Shown: positions 9,497 to 16,882 of the stretch, in pieces
How positions within the stretch are numbered: position 1 is the stretch's first letter
How the letters are laid out: every line of letters starts with the position of its first letter
From: Helicobacteraceae bacterium
GTDB lineage: Bacteria > Campylobacterota > Campylobacteria > Campylobacterales > Sulfurimonadaceae
NCBI GenBank assembly: GCA_015493495.1
Contig: WGDB01000033.1
Location: 7,479-71,478, forward strand
Direction: 5' to 3'
DNA: 64,000 nt
Position numbers and translations under genes: made by a program
The notes under the pieces: generated by a model
What the model was told of the DNA's origin: nothing
The model's database searches: none
Seen by the model: only the letters and a program-made list of their open reading frames with translations

Positions 9497-10606
9497 ATGG
9501 AATGTAAACATTTTGGTGTATGTGGAAGTTGTCGACTGTATGAGGGTGGATATACCCAGCAACATAAAATAAAAACAGAAGAGGTAGAAGATCTCTTTAA
9601 AGATATTTACAGTGATGTAATCACACCGTTTTACTCTCCAGAAGCACACTACCGGGCCCGTGCAGAGTTTAAGATCTGGCATATTGAAGAGGAGATCCAT
9701 TATGCGATGAATCCTATGGAACGTGGTGCTAAAGTCGTGCTGATCGAAGAGTGCCCCATGGTCATCGAACCCATTGCTGCGTTGATGTGGCCACTCTTGG
9801 AAAGTATTAAGATGCTGAAGATGGACTTTAAACTTTTTGGTTTGGACTTTTTAAGCAGTTCTGACGGAGAGATCGCTATCTCCATGCTCTATCATAGACG
9901 TCTGGATCTGGAGTGGAACACTCAAGCAGAGGCTTTGGCCAAATTGCATAATATCAAGGTCATAGGACGTTCTCGTAAACAGAAGGTGGTCTTAGGTGAG
10001 GACTTTGTCACAGAGACCTTAGAGATCGCTCAAAAAAGTTATCAGTTTCAGCACATAGAGAACAGTTTTACGCAGCCAAATCCTAGAGTCAACGAAAAGA
10101 TGGTAGGGTGGGCGCTTGAGCAGTTTGAAGGGATTACCGGAGACTTGTTGGAACTCTACTGCGGGGCAGGGAACTTTACCATCCCTTTTGCAACGCAGTT
10201 TGATAAAGTGCTTGCAACAGAGGTCTCCAAATCTTCTATTAACGCTGCAAAGACAAATATGAAGCTTAATGATGTCACGAACATAGAGTTTGTACGCATG
10301 AGTGTTGAAGAGTTTGTTCAGGGTATGGATGGTGTGCGTGAGTTTAGACGGATGAAAGAGATCGATCTTGAAAGCTATGAACTCACAACGATTTTTGTAG
10401 ACCCACCGCGTGCTGGAATGGATGAAGAATCCTGTGCCTTTGCTGCACGTTTTAAACATATACTCTATATCTCTTGTAACCCTGAGACCTTAAAGCGTGA
10501 TCTGCAACGCTTAAGTAAAACACATAAGATAGAAGCTATGGCAAGTTTTGATCAATTTCCTTATACAACACATATGGAGATGGGTGTTAAGCTTATACGT
10601 CTGTAA
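9497..10606 (+). CDS. trmA: tRNA (uracil54-C5)-methyltransferase TrmA-like
   Basis: 369 aa. SAM-binding LELYCGAGNFT, FVDPPRAG, and nucleophile region YISCNP. Confidence 0.85.
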   Translation: MECKHFGVCGSCRLYEGGYTQQHKIKTEEVEDLFKDIYSDVITPFYSPEAHYRARAEFKIWHIEEEIHYAMNPMERGAKVVLIEECPMVIEPIAALMWPLLESIKMLKMDFKLFGLDFLSSSDGEIAISMLYHRRLDLEWNTQAEALAKLHNIKVIGRSRKQKVVLGEDFVTETLEIAQKSYQFQHIENSFTQPNPRVNEKMVGWALEQFEGITGDLLELYCGAGNFTIPFATQFDKVLATEVSKSSINAAKTNMKLNDVTNIEFVRMSVEEFVQGMDGVREFRRMKEIDLESYELTTIFVDPPRAGMDEESCAFAARFKHILYISCNPETLKRDLQRLSKTHKIEAMASFDQFPYTTHMEMGVKLIRL

Positions 10607-10728
10607 ACTCTTGTTAGACTCAGTGAAATTCTCTTTGTAGGGGCATTTTACACTATTGCATTTTCATATCTATCTTGCTATACTAATTTTAATTAATAAT
10701 TCTTATATTTGGATACAAAGGAGAAAAA

Positions 10729-12447
10729 GTGTGCAGTAACTTGGTTGAAAAATTAACATCGATGCACACTGAAGATATGATAAGTGTCATAGATTCACTT
10801 TTTTGTGAGGCGACTGAAGGCATTATAGTAGAAGATGCTCAGCGTCAGATCATTGCGGTAAACCCTGCGATGTTACGTTTTTTGGATAAAAAAGAGGATG
10901 AGGTCATAGGCTCTAATTCTGGTGCCTTTGCCTACACCATAGGTGATGAGAATTATGCCAACATAGATAAAGGCATCAAGGAAGAAGGATCATGGCGTGG
11001 TGAGTTAGAGATCCGTTCGCATGAAGATATCAGTCGCCTTGTATGGGTCTCTGTAGATGCCATACTCAAAGATAAAAAGATACAAAACATCATTATCCTG
11101 GTCACAGACATCTCAGAGATCCAAAAATCACGCTTGCAGTTAGAGTACATCGCAACCCATGACACCTTAACTGACCTTCCCAATCGAGTGCTCCTTTATG
11201 ATAGACTTGCCGTCTCTATCAATCGTGTACAACGTTCAGACTCTTTAGGTGCTGTTGTCTTTCTAGATATTGACAACTTTAAAGATATCAATGATAACTT
11301 TGGTCACAACTATGGAGATGAACTTCTGAAGATCTGTGCGCATATGTTGCTCTCATCTCTGCGTAAAAAAGATACAGTTGGACGTATTGGAGGAGACGAG
11401 TTTTTGATCATTATTGATGAACTCTACTCTTTAAGCGATATTGAAGAGGTGGTTAAAAAGCTCTCATCTCTTTTTGACAAACTGGTCAAAGTCAAAGATG
11501 TAGAGTTTGATCTTTCTGTAAGTATGGGTGTCTCTGTCTTTCCAGACAATGGCACTGATGTAGAGCAGCTCATCAATGAAGCTGATATTGCTATGTCCAA
11601 CATCAAAGAGATGGGCCGTAATAATTATGGATTTTACTCCAATGAACTCTCCGAACAGTCTCATGAAGTGTTCCATGTGGGTCGTGGGATCAAACATGCA
11701 CTTCGTAATGATGGTTTTTATATGGCCTATCAGCCACAGATCTCTTTGAGTACAGGTGCATTGATGGGCATAGAGGCACTATTGCGATGTAATGATGAGA
11801 ACTTAAAAGAGACCAACATTGAACATCTTATCTCTATTGCTGAAAAAAGCTCGTTGATCATTGAGTTGGGTGAACGTATTTTTGTTTTGGTTTGTGAGCA
11901 GATCGCAAGGTGGAACAAGATGGGTCAGCCCTCTTGTGTTGTTGCTATTAACCTCTCTAGACGTCAGTTAAGTGACAGACATCTAGTTGCAATGATAGAA
12001 GAGACTGTCAAAAACTACAAGATAGACATAGATCAAATAGAGTTTGAGATCACAGAGAGTGCACTTATACACAGTCATACTCTTGCACAAGAGAATGTAC
12101 GCAGACTTCGTGAAATGGGCTTCAGGTTCTCTATAGACGACTTTGGTACAGGTTTTTCATCCCTTTCAAACCTACGCTACTTTTCACTTGACAAGTTAAA
12201 GATCGACCGAAGTTTTATTGTTGAGATCGCAGAGAACAGTCATGACCAGATCATTGTCGAAGCGACGATCAACATGGCAAAAAGTTTAGGTCTGACTGTC
12301 TTGGCAGAAGGTGTGGAGACGGAAGAGCAGGCCGATATATTACGCAGTTATGGTTGCGATGAGATGCAGGGCTATCTCTACAGCAAGGCCATCAGTGCAA
12401 AAGCTTTTGAACTTTTAGCGGGACAGCAAAACGTTAAGAACAGTTAA
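10729..12447 (+). CDS. PAS-GGDEF-EAL c-di-GMP turnover protein
   Basis: 572 aa. GTG start 6 nt after AAGGAG. GGDEF motif RIGGDEF with upstream RKKD (RxxD I-site). EAL motifs EALLR, DDFGTGFSS, KIDRSF, EGVET. Confidence 0.9.
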   Translation: MCSNLVEKLTSMHTEDMISVIDSLFCEATEGIIVEDAQRQIIAVNPAMLRFLDKKEDEVIGSNSGAFAYTIGDENYANIDKGIKEEGSWRGELEIRSHEDISRLVWVSVDAILKDKKIQNIIILVTDISEIQKSRLQLEYIATHDTLTDLPNRVLLYDRLAVSINRVQRSDSLGAVVFLDIDNFKDINDNFGHNYGDELLKICAHMLLSSLRKKDTVGRIGGDEFLIIIDELYSLSDIEEVVKKLSSLFDKLVKVKDVEFDLSVSMGVSVFPDNGTDVEQLINEADIAMSNIKEMGRNNYGFYSNELSEQSHEVFHVGRGIKHALRNDGFYMAYQPQISLSTGALMGIEALLRCNDENLKETNIEHLISIAEKSSLIIELGERIFVLVCEQIARWNKMGQPSCVVAINLSRRQLSDRHLVAMIEETVKNYKIDIDQIEFEITESALIHSHTLAQENVRRLREMGFRFSIDDFGTGFSSLSNLRYFSLDKLKIDRSFIVEIAENSHDQIIVEATINMAKSLGLTVLAEGVETEEQADILRSYGCDEMQGYLYSKAISAKAFELLAGQQNVKNS

Positions 12448-12561
12448 ACATTTCTAATACATCATACGCTTTTAACCATACCTTGATATTCTTTCAACAC
12501 TTGTTAGAAATATGCAATAATAATATTGAGTTCATGAGTGTTCGCTCTACTTTTTAAGTAT

Positions 12562-12851
12562 GGGCACCTCTAAAAACCCTAGCCATCCTCAGCGCTAGAG
12601 AGGAGTTCACAATCAAGGCGACCTTTTGAAGCCCTAGCTGTAGCTAAGGCGAGAAAGGACAACGCCGAGTGTGGATTCCTCTCTAGTGCCCGAAGGGAGG
12701 GATAAAAAGAACGATCTCACACAAAACTTTTTATCCTCATAGCTACGGCTATGACTGACCAAAGGAAATGCCCTTGGGTGCAAAAAAGATTTTGCACGAT
12801 CTCATCTCTTTTTCTTCCCTCTGAGGATCGTTAGGGTTTTTAGAGGTGCCC
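12562..12851. mobile_element. 290-bp MITE-like / highly structured non-coding element with 31-bp terminal inverted repeats
   Basis: GGGCACCTCTAAAAACCCTAGCCATCCTCAG (12562-12592) matches the rc of 12821-12851 at 29 of 31 positions. GTAT on both flanks (12558-12561 and 12852-12855). Internal perfect stems: 12595-12604/12677-12686, 12700-12709/12727-12736, 12738-12753 and 12778-12797. No ORF. Confidence 0.5.
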
Positions 12852-12913
12852 GTATATAACTAGTATGTTTATAGCGCATGTATCCACTTTCCTTACTAAA
12901 CAAGTCGGGATAC

Positions 12914-12942
12914 TTGACTTTGAGTTCCAACAGTTATATTAT
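12914..12942 (+). promoter_or_regulatory. Candidate promoter of the DUF4395-Rrf2 operon
   Basis: TTGACT (12914-12919), 17-nt spacer, TATTAT (12937-12942). Confidence 0.35.
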
Positions 12943-12955
12943 TGCTTTATAACTA

Positions 12956-12973
12956 TTAGATATTATTATCTAA
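12956..12973. promoter_or_regulatory. 18-bp near-perfect palindrome, candidate Rrf2 operator
   Basis: TTAGATATTATTATCTAA has 8 of 9 symmetric pairs. It lies between the candidate -10 and the RBS of the operon that encodes an Rrf2 regulator. Confidence 0.35.
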
Positions 12974-12985
12974 AAAGGAAAAACT

Positions 12986-13426
12986 ATGGCACAATCCTGT
13001 CCTTTAGCATTTAGACAGATCGACGGAACCATTGCACGTCTGAACGCATTTTCAGTATTTGTATTACTTTCACTTTTTGCAATAAGTAATAACCCTCTAA
13101 TCCTCCTCTTTTTAGGTGCTGATTTTACAGTACGACTTTATGCTAACAAAGCCTATAGTCCGGTGTTTCAACTCTCTAAAGTACTTAAAAGAGTATTAGG
13201 TTTGAAGACTGACATGGTTGATGCCGGTGCAAAACGTTTGGCCGCACATTTTGGACTCTTTTTTGTGTTGAGCACCTTAGTCACATATTTTGCAGGTTTT
13301 CAAATCTTGATGTATGGGGTTGTGTCTGTGTTTCTCTTTTGTCTCTCTCTTGAGCTTCTTTTTGCTTACTGTGTTGGTTGTAAGATCTACTTTATTTACC
13401 GAAAATTTGTTCCGGAGCGTTTCTGA
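12986..13426 (+). CDS. DUF4395-like small membrane protein
   Basis: 146 aa. N-terminal CP...IDGTIARLNA followed by 3-4 TM segments, a pattern I associate with DUF4395. Its stop overlaps the start of the next gene (TGATG). Confidence 0.55.
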   Translation: MAQSCPLAFRQIDGTIARLNAFSVFVLLSLFAISNNPLILLFLGADFTVRLYANKAYSPVFQLSKVLKRVLGLKTDMVDAGAKRLAAHFGLFFVLSTLVTYFAGFQILMYGVVSVFLFCLSLELLFAYCVGCKIYFIYRKFVPERF

Positions 13427-13830
13427 TGGCGGGGATCTCGACGCGTGGGATCTACGGTTTGGCTGCCATGCATGTCTTGTCTCATGCACCTCATAGCAGA
13501 GCCATGCAGATCAAAGAGATCGCTGCGATGACACAAGTGTCTCACTCTTACCTGGAACAACTGCTCTCAGCCCTTCGCAAGGGTGGTCTGGTGACCAGTA
13601 TCCGTGGTGCTAATGGTGGATACAAACTGGCGAGTCCTGCACATGAGATCACTGTTTTGGAGATTATTGAAGTTTTGGAAGGAGCACTCTGCAAAATCGA
13701 GGGAAATGTTGGCGCAAGTGTGATCTTAGAGTATTTTTGGGCAGACATTCATGAAAAGGTAAAAGGTCTCTTTATGTTAAAACTCTCCGAACTAGACCAG
13801 GCATTTCAGCCATATCACTACAATATATAA
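13426..13830 (+). CDS. Rrf2 family transcriptional regulator
   Basis: 134 aa. STRGIYGLAAM...IKEIA...SHSYLEQLLSALRKGGLVTSIRGANGGYKLA is the canonical Rrf2 winged helix. Only one Cys, so probably not Fe-S liganding. Confidence 0.9.
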   Translation: MAGISTRGIYGLAAMHVLSHAPHSRAMQIKEIAAMTQVSHSYLEQLLSALRKGGLVTSIRGANGGYKLASPAHEITVLEIIEVLEGALCKIEGNVGASVILEYFWADIHEKVKGLFMLKLSELDQAFQPYHYNI

Positions 13831-13940
13831 ACAAAAGTCACAAAAAATCATTTTCTCCAGGTGTTTTCAATTTCTATTTAGTTTTCTTATAGTAATTTAA
13901 AAGATAACACTCCTGTTAATCTTAAAGAAGAAAGTCTATT

Positions 13941-14507
13941 ATGAACCCTACTGAAGCTACACTTCTTACTATAGCTATTATTTTATTACTGAGTCTTGTT
14001 ATCTATTCGATGGTCTCAAACAAAAGTGCTAAACCTAAATCAGCTGCATCTCAGGCGGAGTCGCTCAAAAACATGTTAGATGAGTATGTCAAAAAGTCTC
14101 AGGATAGAGAGATGACGATCTCAGAAAACTTTGAGGCTTCAAACATTGTAATCCCTACCAAACAATATGATATGTATGATAACTCCAGAGCAGTTGAAGA
14201 GATGGGGTTGACGCAAGAAGAGGCTGATGCTTTTGTAAATGACCTTGTGAAGGCCGTTCAAGCGGAAATACCAAAAATAGAAGCTTCTATCTTAAAGGGT
14301 GACTATAAAACTGTTGAAGAGATCGTCCATACGATTACAGGTTCATCTTCTACATTAGGTTCAGGCGGTGTCTCTTCTGCCTTGATCAGTTTTTATGCGG
14401 CAGTGCAGCATAGAGATAAGTTGGACGACCTTTATGTACACCTTCAAAACTTAAAATATTACATAGAAGAGTTAAATGAACAATCTGCTAAAGATGATCA
14501 TAGCTAA
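13941..14507 (+). CDS. Membrane-anchored HPt (histidine phosphotransfer) domain protein
   Basis: 188 aa. One N-terminal TM (LLTIAIILLLSLVIYSMV). C-terminal four-helix-like region with HTITGSSSTLGSGG, resembling the HxxKGSSxxLG phospho-His motif. Confidence 0.6.
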   Translation: MNPTEATLLTIAIILLLSLVIYSMVSNKSAKPKSAASQAESLKNMLDEYVKKSQDREMTISENFEASNIVIPTKQYDMYDNSRAVEEMGLTQEEADAFVNDLVKAVQAEIPKIEASILKGDYKTVEEIVHTITGSSSTLGSGGVSSALISFYAAVQHRDKLDDLYVHLQNLKYYIEELNEQSAKDDHS

Positions 14508-14682
14508 CAGTATAACACCCAAAGTCACTATTATAGTAGTGGTTTAAATCTCCCATTTTTTCCTAAATCACTATCTATATCCTCAAAACAGTAGCATTTA
14601 AATTAAGATAAATATAAACTGAGTAGAATGTACTATTAAATAAATTAATAGGTATTCCTAACTTTTATACTAAAGGACCGAT

Positions 14683-16083
14683 GTGGCAAAGAAGAAGAGA
14701 CACCTTGACCATGATGATGCACTGTTTGAACAGTACGATTTTGATGAGCTTAAAGAAGAGTTAAATATTGTCGCTTTGGCAAAAATGCAGGCAAGAGAAA
14801 ACAAGCCTTTAACAGATGCGACACACCTTGACGCTAACGAGCAGAAGATCACCTCGTTTTTTCAAGACAGACTCTCTTCGGTCAAGCAAGAGATCTATAA
14901 AAAAGTAGCCTCTTATGATCACATGGCCATGCGTGTGAGTGATATCACTACCATACTGGCAGAAGCCAAATATGCCAGTGAAGAGTTTGTTCAAAACATC
15001 ACGACCTTTCAAGAGAGTGCCAAACAGCGTATTAAAGAGATCAAACACGAGTATAGTGTCCGTAAAGATGATCTGGAGAAGTTTAAGGCTAAAAATAACA
15101 TCACACGTGAGGCCTCTTACCCTAACTCCAAGATCCTCTATATCGGGATTATTATGGTGATCTTGCTGAGTGAGACCTCTCTTAATGCGTACTTCTTTGC
15201 AAAGGGCAATGAATTAGGACTTATTGGTGGTGCTGCGCAAGCACTTATCATCTCTCTTATTAATGTGGTCTCTGCATTTTTCTTGGGTGGATATCTAGTG
15301 AAAAAACTCAACCTCGTGAAGAAGTCTCCTGTTCTTAAGTATGGGGTACTTGCGGCACTATTGAGTTTCGCTACCGTTATCCTCTTTTTCAATCTTTTGG
15401 TAGGACACCTTCGTGTACAGTTGGGTATAGATCCAGATGCGGCTTATGTCGAAGCGATCAAGACCTTTATGGCAGCTCCATTTGGACTTAATGAATTTGA
15501 CTCCATCATCTTGGTCATCGTTGGACTGCTTTCATTTCTTATCGCCTTTACAGACTTCTATAAAATGGACGATGAATATCCTGGTTATGGTCAGTTGGAT
15601 CGTAAATATCAAGACGCACTTATAGACTTTAATGAGCTTAAAGAGGAACTTCTTGAAGAGATAGAGGGCAGTTCCAAGTCTATTTTGAACAAGTTGGAGA
15701 CCCAGCAGATGACCTCTAAGGTGATTATGCAAGAGTTGATGGAAGTACCGATCTTTAGACAAAAGTTGCAAGATCATGCGCGTGAGTATTTTAGATATCT
15801 TAATAACACCTATGGTTCAATGATCAGCCTCTATCGTGAGATCAACAATGACAACAGAACAGATGACGCACCAGCATACTTTAATGAACCTGTCTCTCTT
15901 GAAAATAGTGAAGAGATCGAGATCGTTGATGATCAGTTTAAAAAAGATCTTCAAGAGTATCAAAAAGCGGTATTGGAACTGCCACATATTATTGGTGAAC
16001 AAAAACTGAAGATCAATACAACACTCAAAAGTGTTATAGCAGAACTGGGAAGTGAGTCAGACATGGAACTAAACAATGGGTAG
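14683..16083 (+). CDS. P1: 4-TM protein flanked by two long helical/coiled-coil regions, unknown function
   Basis: 466 aa. GTG start 5 nt after AAAGGA. Charged helical N-terminus (about 150 aa). TM segments around aa 151-172, 178-206, 217-241 and 272-292. DDEYPGYG right after TM4, then about 170 aa of helical C-terminus. Confidence 0.75.
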   Translation: MAKKKRHLDHDDALFEQYDFDELKEELNIVALAKMQARENKPLTDATHLDANEQKITSFFQDRLSSVKQEIYKKVASYDHMAMRVSDITTILAEAKYASEEFVQNITTFQESAKQRIKEIKHEYSVRKDDLEKFKAKNNITREASYPNSKILYIGIIMVILLSETSLNAYFFAKGNELGLIGGAAQALIISLINVVSAFFLGGYLVKKLNLVKKSPVLKYGVLAALLSFATVILFFNLLVGHLRVQLGIDPDAAYVEAIKTFMAAPFGLNEFDSIILVIVGLLSFLIAFTDFYKMDDEYPGYGQLDRKYQDALIDFNELKEELLEEIEGSSKSILNKLETQQMTSKVIMQELMEVPIFRQKLQDHAREYFRYLNNTYGSMISLYREINNDNRTDDAPAYFNEPVSLENSEEIEIVDDQFKKDLQEYQKAVLELPHIIGEQKLKINTTLKSVIAELGSESDMELNNG

Positions 16084-16879
16084 GCGTTCAAAAAAGGAAA
16101 AAAGTGACAAAATAGGCTACGTGCTTATTGCTGTCGTTGTGATGATACTTGGCTCTATTGCTGTGTTTATAGCGATGAACCGTGGAGTAGAAGTTGACAA
16201 AGAGAGTATGTGCCGTCTGGATGGTGCTTTTGACAGACACGTTATTATCTTGGACATGACTGACAACTACAATGCCATACAGGTACAGCAGATCAAACAT
16301 ATTATAGAGAACATCGTAGACAACCTGGCGGTGAGTGAGCAGTTGCAACTCTATTTTATTGATGCAACACTGCCAAGCGAGATACAGCCACAACTTTTGT
16401 TATGTAATCCTGGTGACGGTGCGGGAAAAAGTGAGATCTATTCAAACCCTAAACTCTTTAAAAAGCGTTGGGAAAAACGTTTTCATGCCCCTTTAAAGGC
16501 TAAGATGATGGCCTTGACGGGTGACTATACAAGTACGACATCCCCTATTTTAGAGACGATACAAGCGGTTAATAACATTGCATTTCCTTATGTAAGAGAT
16601 GAAAATAGACATTATAAGATCACCTTGATCTCCGACATGATACAAAACTCTAAAGAGCTTTCATTTTTTAAAACACAACGTGCGTCATTGACTCACTTTG
16701 TAGACTCACCTGGATATGTAAAAATTCGTACGGATCTTCAAGATATCGATGTAGATATTGTGATTGTACGACGTGACAAATATGAGTCACTGCAGTCACG
16801 AGACTATGTTGACTTCTGGGTAGATGTTTTGAGTAGTATGAATGCCAATATCGATAATATTAAGTTAACAGACGGATAA
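16076..16879 (+). CDS. P2: N-terminally TM-anchored alpha/beta (vWA-like) domain protein
   Basis: 267 aa. ATG overlaps the P1 stop by 8 nt. TM at aa 14-34. Strand/loop pattern HVIILDMTDN ... TSPILETIQAV ... ITLISDMIQNS resembles a degenerate vWA MIDAS layout. Confidence 0.7.
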   Translation: MGRRSKKEKSDKIGYVLIAVVVMILGSIAVFIAMNRGVEVDKESMCRLDGAFDRHVIILDMTDNYNAIQVQQIKHIIENIVDNLAVSEQLQLYFIDATLPSEIQPQLLLCNPGDGAGKSEIYSNPKLFKKRWEKRFHAPLKAKMMALTGDYTSTTSPILETIQAVNNIAFPYVRDENRHYKITLISDMIQNSKELSFFKTQRASLTHFVDSPGYVKIRTDLQDIDVDIVIVRRDKYESLQSRDYVDFWVDVLSSMNANIDNIKLTDG

Positions 16880-16882
16880 AAG

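Noticed and set aside
9410-9700. 96-aa minus-strand ORF across the glmU-trmA intergenic region
   Set aside because: It overlaps the trmA start and the divergent promoter region. Its AT-rich, hydrophobic, low-complexity translation is typical of a spurious ORF.
12562-12851. Possibility that the structured 290-bp element is RNase P RNA, tmRNA, 6S RNA or a retron msr-msd
   Set aside because: It has no GGAAAGUCC/ACAGNRA-type RNase P motifs, no tRNA-like CCA end or tag ORF, and no adjacent reverse transcriptase. The near-perfect 31-bp termini plus a further copy of the terminus elsewhere fit a repeat element better.
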